Below, piece after piece: positions 12,101 through 25,805 of a DNA stretch of 64,000 nt. The DNA is from Dictyostelium discoideum. Its lineage: Eukaryota. The stretch's first letter is position 1. Every line of letters starts with the position of its first letter. The stretch spans positions 4,544,001 to 4,608,000 of the forward strand of contig CM000154.2 of the NCBI GenBank assembly GCA_000004695.1. The letters run 5' to 3'. The position numbers were made by a program, and so were the translations under genes. The notes under the pieces are model-generated. The model worked only from the letters and a program-made list of their open reading frames with translations, made no database searches and was not told the origin of the DNA.

Positions 12101-14976
12101 ATCTTCAAGATAATTACGGTGATTTTATTACTGGAATTTATTCAAACACAGATAAAAGTTATGTTACAGAAATAAATAAAAAATTAATTAAATTAGGTTC
12201 AAAAAAGAAAGGAGTAGATTTAATATTAAATACATTACCAAGTGATTTTATGGATTCAAATTTCAAGCTATTAGCAAAGTATGGTAGAATAATTGATTTA
12301 ACGTCAAATCATTTAAATCAAAGTGAATTTTTAAAAAATATCAATTTTAAATATAATCATGGTTACCATAACTTTGAGTTATCATTAATTCAAAAAAATA
12401 AAATTCACAAATGTTTATATGAAATTTCAAATGCTTTTGAAAATGGAGAATTAAAAACCATTCCAATTAAAGAATTTACAAATTTAAATATTAAAGATGC
12501 CATCAAATACATTACCAACAATAAAATTGAAAAAATTACAGTTAGTCATGATCATGAAATTTATAGTGATATTATTTATAGATCTTTAGATGAAAAAGAG
12601 TTTTCAATATTAAAATCAAATTATCAAATTAATTCAAATAATTTAGGTAAAAACATATTAGTCACAGGTCAATCAGGTATTATTTTAGAAATATTAAAAT
12701 GGATCATTAAATATTCAAATATTAATACAATTGAAAATGTTATTATTCTTTCAAGATCATCATTAAAATGGGAATTAGAATTATTAATTAACGAAACTAA
12801 ACTATCAAATAATAATATTAAATTTCATTTCAAGAGTGTTGATATCGGTGATAGTGAACAAGTTGATAATGCAATCAATGAAATATTAAATGAAAACCAA
12901 CAAATTACAAATATTGATTCAATATACCATTTTGCATTTCAACAAATTACATGTAAAGTTCAAGAAATCAATATGAAACATTTAGATATTTCACATGGAG
13001 CAAAATCAATGGGAGCAATTAATTTACATAATCAATCAATTAAACGTAATTGGAAATTAATTAATTTTGTTATGGCTTCATCTGCAATTTCATTAATAGG
13101 TTCAACTGATTTATGTACATATGTTTGTGCAAATGCATTATTAGATTCATTTTCAAAATACAGAGAATCACTTGGATTACCATCAACTTGCATTTGCCTT
13201 GGTGCAATTGAATCAACTGGTTTCGTTTCAAAGAATGAATCAGTTTCAGTATTTTTAGACGGTGGTGGTTTCCATCCAACACCAATCAATCAAGTTTTAG
13301 GCCTTTTAGATTTACAAATTCAAAATGCTGGTAAATTCACAAATTCAATGCTTTCAAATTTCAAACCCTCAAAATTTAAAAATAATCAACAAACATCATT
13401 ATTTTTAAAATTTGATTACTTGATGAATTTAAAAAACAATAGCGAAGAAACCAAAATAGAGAATACTGGAAATAAGAACATTGATGAATTATTCATTGAG
13501 AAAGTTTCAGAATTATTTTCAATGGATGAATCAAAGATAAATAAAAATCTTAGATTAATCGATTATGGTGCAGATTCACTAATAATAGTTCAATTAAAAA
13601 ATTGGATAGATAAAGAAATTGGTATAAATTTAATAACAATTCAACAACTTCAAAACAATACAATTAGCACTTCAATGAAAATGATATTAAATTCATTAAT
13701 GAAAAATAATCAAAATATAGATGACAATAATAAAGACCTACCTTCAAATAGAATCGATTATTGGAAGAATGAAATGAAATTTGAAGAGTCTATTAAACCA
13801 ATATCAAATGAAATACAATCAAGGAATAATTCAGAAAAAATTATTTTATTAACCGGTACAACTGGTTTTTTAGGTGGTTTCTTATTATTCAATATGGTAA
13901 GATTAGATTCATGTAAATTAATTTATTGTTTAATTAGAAATAAAAGTAAATCAAATAATCCATTAGATGAAATTATAAATAATTTAAAATATCATCAACT
14001 TTATGAAAAATTAAATCAATCACAAATTTCAAAGATTATACCAATTATTGGTGATTTATCAATGAATAAACTTGGTCTTTCAAATGATGATTATGAAACA
14101 ATTTCAAAAAATGTAAATTTAATAATCAATCCAGGTGCAGATATTAATCAAAAATCAAGTTACCAAGATTGTAAATTAGTAAATGTAAATGGAGTAAAAG
14201 AAATTATTAAATTATCATTATCATCATTAAAACAAAGGATACCAATTGTAAACTTTTCATCATTTTCAGTATTTTTCAATCAATCACTTGATAAGAATTT
14301 TGATGAATCAGTTTTACCATCAATTGATAATATTGATAATTTACCAACAGAATATATGAAGAGTAAAGTTGTTGGTGAATATATTTTATTGGAAGCTTCT
14401 AAAAAATATAATATACCATCAATTTTAATTAGACCACCAAGTATATTTTTAAATCCAGAAACAGGTATTGGTCATATTAGTGACTTCTCTTTATTATCAA
14501 TCCAATCATGTTATGAATTAGGTTATTATCCAAATCAATTTGAAAATGATTTTATTTTAATTAATACAATTACATGGTTATCAAATAATATTACAAATAT
14601 TATAATGAATGATAATTGTTGGACAGATTCAAAAATGAATATTTATAATGTACATGGTAAACAAATTCAATCAAGTTTAATAATTAAACCACTTGAAAAA
14701 CATTTCAATTGTAAACATATCAATACTAATGATTGGATTGATATGGTAAATAATTCAAATAAAAAATCATGTATTAAATTAAAATCATTCCATTCTTTGG
14801 ATATAATTTTAAAAAGTGAAAACAATAGATATAAACCCAATGAAAATCAAAGCATATCATTATCAACCAAATCATTACTAGAATCAATGGGCTCATACAA
14901 CACTGATCTTGAAATCACTGATAAAATGATTATTTCTCATATTAATCAAATTTTTAATTTAAATGAAACAATTTAA
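6115..14976 (+). CDS. Highly reducing type I polyketide synthase, copy B. Domains: KS-AT-DH-MT-ER-KR-ACP plus a C-terminal reductase (R). Exons 6115..6751 and 6818..14976, with a 66-bp intron at 6752..6817. About 2931 aa.
   Basis: - KS: N-terminus [26 protein letters not shown], active site [11 protein letters not shown], His motifs [14 protein letters not shown] and [10 protein letters not shown].
- AT: [14 protein letters not shown].
- DH: HxxxGxxxxP-type, [19 protein letters not shown].
- MT: [12 protein letters not shown].
- ER: [12 protein letters not shown]...[12 protein letters not shown].
- KR: [14 protein letters not shown].
- ACP: [14 protein letters not shown].
- C-terminal NAD(P)-binding reductase: [15 protein letters not shown].
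- Intron donor G|GTAAGG at 6752, acceptor TTATTAG| at 6817. The joined frame reads ...[33 protein letters not shown], the conserved KS motif. Confidence 0.9.
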
Positions 14977-15094
14977 TTAAAAAATAAAATTTTAAAATTT
15001 TAATAAATATAAATATAATTTTTAATTTATTTATTTTTTTTTATTATTACTATTATTATTATTATTATTATTATTATTTTTTAATTAATTAATT

Positions 15095-16064
15095 TTAACC
15101 TCTTGAAATATCTCTACCGAAAACACTACTCTTTAACCAATCGAAAGAGACTAAAGCACGATTTCTAACACTTAAAAGTTTAGTGAAATATACACTTCTC
15201 CAGAGGTAATAAGTGATATAACCTTCAGAGACAGTTGTTGAATGATCACCTTTGAATTCAGCTACAGCTTGATGATCACCAACATAAGCTAAAGTACCCA
15301 TATGTTTATATTTAAATAATGGTTTCTCTTTGACGGCTTCCTCAAAGCTTTTATTTGAACCAGTGATTGAATTGAAAAGGTTTAATTTCTCTTGTTGTTT
15401 TTCTTTTTCCTCTTTATGTGCATCTGGATTCTCTCTCTTTTTAATGAGATCATTATTCATTTCCTCTGCCAATTGATTGAATAATCTGCCTAAATAACGA
15501 CCTTGTTGAGAAGCAACTTGAGCAGTTTGAGCCAATGGTTTTGATGGATTAATTGAAGCATCACCAATTGACCAAATTCCATCAGTACCAGCCACTCTGA
15601 AATAATCATCAACAACCAAACCTCTTCTATTGTTTTGAATATTTGGTCCGATCGATTGCATAATTTGAGTGGTAATCTTTCTTGGTGTATTACCGGTTGC
15701 CCATACTAATAAACCGTATGGATGAATTGATTCCTCTTTGGTTGTAGTATTCTTTACTGTAATCTCTTTCTCTCTAACTCCAACAACTGCTGTCTTTGTC
15801 CAAATCTTTGTATTGTTTGAACTTTGAAGACGTTTTTCAACATGATCAATAATCTTCTTATCAAAAATTGTTAAAATATGTGGAAGTGCTTCAACTAATG
15901 TAACATTAATTCTCTTTGCTAATGGATATGTTTTTAATAAATCTGATTGAAGGAAATCATTTAATTCTGCTGTAAATTCAACACCAGATGGACCTAAAAT
16001 AAAAATAAAAAAATAAAAAATAAAAAATAAAAAAATTTGAAAATTAAAAATGATTAGGACAGCG

Positions 16065-16098
<34 letters not shown>

Positions 16099-17055
16099 GG
16101 AAAAATATATAAATAAACTTACCACCACCAACTACAACGAAATTTAATAAACGATCAATTTCTTTTTCAGGTTGACCAGGATAAGAAGCAGTTTCAAGAC
16201 AATCAATAATTTTATCTCTAATGTTACGAGTATCATTAATTTCTTTTAAGAAACAAGCATTCTCTTTTACACCTGGAATACCAAAGGTTTGATTATCGGC
16301 ACCGACACCAACGATCAAATGATCATACTCTAATTCGAATTCTGAAACTTCACCTTTTACAGCACTATTATCATAACATTTAACCTTTTTAGAAACTGGA
16401 TCAACTGATAAACATTCTGCTTCATAAAAAGTTGCATCCTCTGCATCTGCTCTCTTACAATACTTTCTAATTGGTTCCATAATTGATCTAACTTCAACTG
16501 TACCTGTTGTACCACCAACTAATAATGGTGTAAATAAAAAGTAATTTCTTTTTTTTTTTTTTTAAATTTAAAATAAATTAGTAAATAAGATTAAAATAAA
16601 AATAAAATTAAATAATTTAATTACCTTGGTGAAATGATTGTAACATCAAATAAATCAGTATGTAATTTTCTTAAGAAACATAATGAACCCCAACCAGTAC
16701 CAAGAATGACAACTTTTGGTCTTTTCTTTCTTTCACTTTCTGGTAATCTAGTTCTAAATTTATCAGTGACTGAATCGAAATCATCATTAACCACCATATC
16801 AATTATCCAAAAACCACCTAAACCTGCTACTGCTAATCCACCCCAAAATGCAAATTTATTCATTTTCTTTTTTGGTTCTTGTTCTTTTTGTTGTTGTTGT
16901 TGTTGATTTTGTTCATTATTATTACTATTATCAGTTGATGTCGAAAATCTTTGTATAAATTGTGTTTGATTATTTTTACATGCGACAATACGATTTGTTG
17001 ACACTGTTTTAATTAATTGATTTTTATTAACTTTTGAAAATGCTCTTGAAATCAT
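15095..17055 (-). CDS. Type II NADH:quinone oxidoreductase (NDH-2; alternative or external NADH dehydrogenase, mitochondrial). Exons 17055..16625, 16547..16123 and 15993..15095.
   Basis: - Exon 1 carries the first dinucleotide-binding motif, PKVVILGTGWGS...VTIISPR.
- Intron 1: donor AG|GTAATT, acceptor AAAAG|A. It restores ISP-R-NYFLFTPLL, the conserved NDH-2 motif.
- Intron 2: donor G|GTAAGT, acceptor TATTTTAG|GT. It restores the second Rossmann motif VVVGGGPSGVEFTAEL.
- The C-terminus (YLWRSVYFTKLLSVRNRALVSFDWLKSSVFGRDISR) is typical of the NDI1/NDE family.
- Splice phases check: 431 + 425 + 899 nt, about 584 aa. Confidence 0.85.
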
Positions 17056-17867
17056 TTTTTAATTTATTTATTTTATTAATTTATTTATTTTATTAATTTG
17101 GTTATTTTTTATTTATTTATTTATTTTTGGAAAAAAAAAAAAAAATTAAAAGGTTTTAATTTTTATAAATCTTTGAAAAAAAAAAAAAAAAAATTGAAAA
17201 ATAAAAATAGAAAAATAAAAAAAAAGTTATTATTATAACTTTATAATTAGTTGTAGTTTGTGAAGTGAGAAAAAAAAATGAAGAAAAAAAAAAAAAAAAA
17301 AATTCAAAAAAAAAATAAAAAAAATATAATACCACAAAAAAAAAAAAAAAAACAGTAGGACCTGCATAGGTCGGGGCAAATTTTACGTATTTGCCACCAT
17401 ACTGTTAGATTTTTATTTTTTTTTTTTTATTTTTTTTTTTTTTTTTTCGGAAATGAAATGGCTTTCGTTTTTGATCACCTGGTATGAAAAAAATAAAAAT
17501 TATGCACCCAACCCAAAAACAAAAAAAAAAAAAAAAAAAATTAAAAAAAATATTAAAAAAAAAATTTTTGAAATCAAATATGATATTTTCCCATATTAAT
17601 TAATTTGGGAAATAATATTTTTTTTATTTATCAATTTTATTATATTTTTATTTTATTTTATTTTATATTTTATATTATATTATTTACAAAAATAGAATTT
17701 TTATTTTTTATTTTTTATTTTTTTTAATTCTGCAATTATTTTTTAATTAAAAAAAAATGAAAGGGTGATTACTATATAAATAAAAACAAAACAAAAAATA
17801 AAAGGGCTCTACTTTTTTTGTTAATTTAATTTAATTTTTTTATTTTATTTTTTTTTTTTTTTTTTTT

Positions 17868-17906
<39 letters not shown>

Positions 17907-17967
17907 AAAACGAATTTTTTTTTTTTTATTTTAATTTTTATTTTTCTGAAATAATTGTAATAATAAT

Positions 17968-18531
17968 ATGTTAAAGTTTTGTAGTAAGACTAAAATACTA
18001 TTTGGTAGTTTGAATGGTGGAATCATTTCAACATCCATTTTTAAAAGAGATTTTTCAAAAATTCCAATTAGAACTTCAATTTTTAATAATCAAACCAGCA
18101 TTCCAAAAAGAATGATGATGATAAAAATTGAAGGTGAAGGAACTGTAAAAAAAGAATTAACAAATGAAGAGAAACAAAAGATTAAAGAGAAAAAGAAAAA
18201 AGAACAAATTGAAAGAAATGCATTAAAAAAACAGAATCGTGCTGCAATGATTGAAAGATCAAAAGAACTTAAAAAGACTAAAAAGGAAAAAGATATCCAC
18301 TCAAATGAAAAGAAATCTCAAAATCCCAAAAATAAAGATAAAGATGATGCCGATGATTACTATGATGAAGATGACGAAGATGATGAAGATGCACATGAAA
18401 AAAAAGGCGAAAGTGATGAAATTATAGATTTTGCTGAAGGTGATGGAGAAACATACTTTCCAAAAAAAGAAAAAGTTAAAGTTAAACCCAATAAAAAGAA
18501 ACCAAACAATGATAAAGGTTTTTGTAGATGA
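17968..18531 (+). CDS. Hypothetical Lys/Glu/Asp-rich protein, 187 aa.
   Basis: Intact ATG ORF. It has a structured N-terminus and then a charged low-complexity tail (KEKKKKEQIERNALKK...DDEDDEDDED). I recognise no domain. Low-complexity ORFs in AT-rich DNA can be spurious. Confidence 0.35.
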   Translation: MLKFCSKTKILFGSLNGGIISTSIFKRDFSKIPIRTSIFNNQTSIPKRMMMIKIEGEGTVKKELTNEEKQKIKEKKKKEQIERNALKKQNRAAMIERSKELKKTKKEKDIHSNEKKSQNPKNKDKDDADDYYDEDDEDDEDAHEKKGESDEIIDFAEGDGETYFPKKEKVKVKPNKKKPNNDKGFCR

Positions 18532-18796
18532 TTTTAATATTCCAATGTTAAAAAAAATTAAAAATTAAAAATTAAAAATTAAAAATTAAAAATTAAAAAT
18601 TAAATAATAATAAAAAAAAAAAAGATATTATAATTTAAATTATTATTTATTTTTTTATTTTTTTAAATCTGATCAATTTGTTTGGGTTGAAAAAAATAAA
18701 AAAAATTAATTTAAAAAAAAAAAAATGGAAAAAATTGAAAAAAAATAAAATCTAAAAAAAAAAGATACAGACAAAATGGTATCAGTTTTTTTTTTT

Positions 18797-18823
18797 TGTT
18801 TTGTTTTGTTTTGTTTTGTTTTG

Positions 18824-18851
<28 letters not shown>
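18797..18851. repeat. (GTTTT)n minisatellite, ~11 units (GTTTT)n, abutting the assembly gap.
   Basis: Read directly from the sequence. Confidence 0.9.
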
Positions 18852-18854
<3 letters not shown>

Positions 18855-18918
18855 TTTATTTTATTTTGTTTTTTTTTTTTTATATTTTTATATTTTTATA
18901 TTTTTATTTATATATTTT

Positions 18919-19018
18919 NNNNNNNNNNNNNNNNNNNNNNNNNNNNNNNNNNNNNNNNNNNNNNNNNNNNNNNNNNNNNNNNNNNNNNNNNNNNNNNNNN
19001 NNNNNNNNNNNNNNNNNN
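18919..19018. other. Assembly gap: a run of 100 N.
   Basis: Literal n characters. Just upstream, at 18797..18851, is a (GTTTT)n minisatellite. Confidence 1.
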
Positions 19019-21731
<2,713 letters not shown>

Positions 21732-22124
21732 TAATAATAATTAAATAAAAATAATAATTGAATAAATAAAAAAATAAAAACTCTAATAATATTTTATTTT
21801 TTGCCTGTGCGTATTGCTCAAGCCCTAACTGCATGCACAATTAGGTAGGAATGTCGATTTGATTTTTTTTTTTTTTTTTGATTTTCAAATCCTTGAATTG
21901 GTTGGTGATCAAAACCTTTTTTTTGATTTTTTTTTTTTTTTTTTAATTTTTTTTTTTCAAAGTTTTTGTGAAAATATCTTCAGTACACAAAAAAATTAAC
22001 GGCTTTGATTTCTTTTATTTTTATTTTAAAATAAAAAATTCGAAAAGTCTTAAATAAAAAAAATAAAAAAAAAAAAACTAATTGTATAACAGTAATAATT
22101 AAATTAAAAATAAAGATAAAAAAA

Positions 22125-22876
22125 ATGTCAGGGAATATTTATATGGATATTATTGCATCCCAAGTATGTAAAAAATAAAAAAAAACTAAAAAAATAAAAA
22201 AATTCTAATATTTATTAATTTATTTATTTTAGGTTAGTCAAGGCAACTTTGGTAAGGTTTTTTTTTTTTTTTTTTATTTATTAATTTAAAATATTAATTT
22301 TTTTTTTTTTTTTTTTTTTTATATATATATATATATAAATAAATAAATAGGTGGAAAGAATGGACAATTTGGTTATTTAGCAAAAGATAAAAGTAGAAGA
22401 GAAAAGAAATTAACAAAAGAGACTAAATTTGAAGCACCAAAAAAGAAAGTTGAAGAAAAATTTGAATGCAATGTTTTTATTGGTAGTGGAACAGCAAAAT
22501 CTACTGATAGTAATGGTTTATCAGATCCATTTGTTATTATTTGGAGTGTTGATGCTGAAGGACAACCAGATAAATCACTTTTCAAAAGTAAAGTTTGTAA
22601 AAAAACTTTAACTCCAAACTGGGATGAAAAGGGTACTTTAAAATTAAAGGAATCTTATAAATCATTAATTGTTGAATTATGGGATCACGATTTATTAACT
22701 GCAAATGATTTCATTGGTAGAGCTAGAATAAATGTTGATGCTATTAATATTAAAAAATACAGTTATACCTTCAAAGATACCATTAGTGTTTATGATGGTG
22801 AAATATCAACTCCAAGTGGTACTGTCTATATTGAAATTACCAATTCAAGTTCAACTAAATCATTTTCTTCATGTGC

Positions 22877-22880
<4 letters not shown>
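22125..22880 (+). CDS. Small C2-domain protein, paralog 1. Exons 22125..22163, 22233..22251 and 22351..22880.
   Basis: - Exon 1: MSGNIYMDIIASQ, donor |GTATGT.
- Exon 2: VSQGNF-G, donor G|GTAAGG.
- Exon 3 begins GGKNGQFGYLAK.
- C2-like core: SNGLSDPFVIIWSV...SKVCKKTLTPNWDE...LIVELWDHDLLTANDFIG.
- It is paralogous to the next gene. Confidence 0.75.
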
Positions 22881-22932
<52 letters not shown>

Positions 22933-22936
22933 ATTT
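22880..22936. repeat. (AAAT)n microsatellite, ~14 units (AAAT)n, in the 3' flank of C2 paralog 1.
   Basis: Read directly from the sequence. It begins at the stop codon. Confidence 0.9.
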
Positions 22937-22961
22937 AATTATCTCAAATTGATTTAAAAAT

Positions 22962-23005
<44 letters not shown>

Positions 23006-23288
23006 CACTTTAATAATAGTAATTGAATTACTTGACAAAAGATTATTCTTAAAAATTATTAATAGACAATTGATTCATAGAATATAGTTACATTAATTTA
23101 ATAAATTGGAATTTAATTTTTTTTTTTTTTTTGTTAAAGGTAACACAAAATTGTAAAAATATCTAATCAAAAAAAAAAAATAAAAAAATAAAAAAAAAAA
23201 AAAAAAAAAAACAAATCAAACAATTTGAAAATAAAATATAAAATTCAAATAAATAATTAATTTCAATAAATAAATATTAAAAAAAAAA

Positions 23289-23914
23289 ATGTCAGGTGAT
23301 TTATATTTGGATATGCTTGCCACTCAGTAAGTTTTATTATATTATTATATTATTTTATTTACTTCAAATACTTATAATAAAAAAAAAAAAAAAAAAAAAA
23401 AAAAAGAGTTAATCAAGGTAATATGGGTGGTAAAGGTGGACCATTTGGATATTTATGGAAAGAAAAAAATAGAAAAGATAAAAAAAAAGATAAAACACCA
23501 AAACCAAAGAAACAAGAAGATTATACAGTTTGTGACATTCATATAGGTAGTGGTTCAGTTAGAGATGCAAAAGATAGTAATGGTTTAGCTGATCCTTTCG
23601 TTATGATTTGGAGTGTAAATATTGAAGGTGATCATGATAAATGTATTTATAAAAGTAAAGTTTGTAAAGAAACTTTAACACCAAATTGGAATGAAGATGG
23701 TGAACTTAAAATGAAGAATGGAAGTTACAGAGAATGCATTCTAGAGTTATGGGATCATGATACCTTTACTGCAAATGATTTCATTGGTAGAGCTTTAATC
23801 TTTCCAAGTTCTGTAACTTTTGGTATGGAATATAAAGAAAATGTTAAAGTTTTTGATAAAGATGATAAAACAAATCCAACTGGTACTGTTGAAATTAATA
23901 TTAAAAGAAAATAA
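23289..23914 (+). CDS. Small C2-domain protein, paralog 2. Exons 23289..23326 and 23407..23914.
   Basis: - Exon 1: MSGDLYLDMLATQ, split codon, donor CA|GTAAGT.
- Exon 2: VNQGNMGGKGGPFGYLWK...
- C2 core: SNGLADPFVMIWSV...SKVCKETLTPNWNE...ILELWDHDTFTANDFIG. Confidence 0.75.
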
Positions 23915-23985
23915 AAAAAATAAAAAAATAAAAAATAAAAGAGAGATACCAATTAATTTACAATTTTTGTGTTTTTTTATTATTA

Positions 23986-24692
23986 TTATTTTTCCAAGAT
24001 TGGAGTTTTTTTAATAGTATGAAATAAAGGTATTGATTTATGTAATAATTCTAAATGAGTCATGTGAATACTTGAATGATGGTCATATGGTAAAGTTGAA
24101 GTTGTTTGAATTTGACTATTTTGAGTTTGTGCAATTATAGTATTATTTTCACAAATTTTATCCTCTGAAACTATACAACCTGCTCCAATTGAACATTGAT
24201 CTTTTATTATTGTATTCTTTAATATTTTACATTTTGGTTCAAAAACATTTCCATTTCCAATTGATTTACATTCTATATCTATTATTAATTAGTTTTTATA
24301 AAAATAAATAAAAGTATAAATATATGTTTATATGTGTGTGTGTGTGTGTGTTTGTATGATTATTTCTATTTTATATTATTATTATTTTTTTTTTTTTGAA
24401 AAAGAAAATGCATACAAGATCCAACTTCAAATAAATTATTTGAACCAATTATCATTGGTTCAGGTGATTTATTTACAATTTGAACTAATTCTTCTATAAT
24501 ATTATTTTCACCAATAATAATTGGACCTGCACCCTCTGAAATTATAATAGATGATCTTGGGTGTAAAACAGTTCCAATTGCAATTTGAACACCATTACTA
24601 ACTGTGCTATCTTGGCAAATTAATGATTTATTTATTACAACTGGTGATGTTTGTGTTGGTGATGTAATTGTTGGTGATGGTGCTGTTGACAT
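23986..24692 (-). CDS. Dynactin subunit 6 (p27), a left-handed beta-helix/hexapeptide-repeat protein. Exons 24692..24416 and 24278..23986.
   Basis: The sequence is collinear with metazoan dynactin p27: VQIAIGTVLHPRSSIIISEGAGPIIIGENNIIEELVQIVNKSPEPMIIGSNNLFEVGS ... IECKSIGNGNVFEPKCKIL...CSIGAGCIVSEDKICENNTIIAQ. The intron donor is T|GTATGC and the acceptor AATAATAG|, and the frames check through to the stop at 23986. Confidence 0.75.
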
Positions 24693-24696
24693 TATT

Positions 24697-24734
<38 letters not shown>

Positions 24735-25157
24735 CCCTACTCCTAAACAATGAACAATGAACAACAGAAAAAAAAAAAAAAAAAAGATTTTTTATTTTTA
24801 ATTTTTTTTTTTATTTATTTTTTTTTTTATTTATTTTTTATTTATTTTTATTTTTTTTTTTTTTATTTTTTTTTTTTTTTTTAAAAAACTCAATTTTTTT
24901 TTTATAAAATTTTCATTATTGACGATTTTCAGCAAATAATTATTTTCTGTTTTTTATTTAATACAAAGAGACTATAGTTTAGGTTACTAATAATCACTAA
25001 AATATTTATAAATAAAAGAAAATATAATAAAAGAATAATAAATTCATTTCATCAAAAAAATTTTTAATACACAGTTTGATATATATATAAATTTTTAAAG
25101 CATTAAAAAAAAAAAAAAAAAAAAAAAATTTAATAAAATAAAATAATAAAATAAACA

Positions 25158-25774
25158 ATGTCATCATTTGGAAAGAATAGCTCATATAGAGATACTGGTG
25201 CATCTCTTAAAGAATTAGGTGATTATTTAGATAGTAAACAAGAAGGAAAACCAACTCATCAAAAAACTATAGGTTTCGATACAAATGTAAGTTTTATTGT
25301 TGCAAAAACATTTATTTTTTTTGAGAAAATATAAAGAAAATTAATTGTTATTTATTTTTTTTTAAAAAAAAAATACAAATAATAATAAATAATAAATTTA
25401 ATAAAAAAGACATCACCAGTTTCAATCCCAACTATTATTTCACCACCATTGGGGTCAAATAATTCAAATTATGGAAAGAGCCCAAAATCATCATACGATA
25501 ATAAACAAACATCACCATTATTATCAGCATCAAATAATAGAAAAAACAATAATAATAACAATAATAATAATAATGCCACTTCACCAAAAGATTCATCAAT
25601 TATAGGTAAAAATAATGTAAATTCAGATTTATCAAAAGTATCATCATCATTAAATGAATTGAAATTTGAAAAACAACCAATAGGTTCAACATCTTCAACA
25701 CCAACATCCACTCCATCATCTACACCATCATCATCAACTCCATCATCAACTCCATCAACACCAAATACAAATTC

Positions 25775-25805
<31 letters not shown>

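Noticed and set aside
16634-16906. 90-aa plus-strand ORF
   Set aside because: It is antisense to exon 1 of the NDH-2 gene, whose frame carries the conserved GxGxxG motif. The plus frame ends in poly-Cys/Phe from a GTT/CAA repeat.
21797-21870. The GC-richer segment TTGCCTGTGCGTATTGCTCAAGCCCTAACTGCATGCACAATTAGGTAGGAATGTCG, considered as a possible tRNA
   Set aside because: No cloverleaf can be drawn: there is no GTTC/TΨC-like box and no acceptor-stem complementarity. It is most simply the 3' UTR of the 19019..21731 gene.
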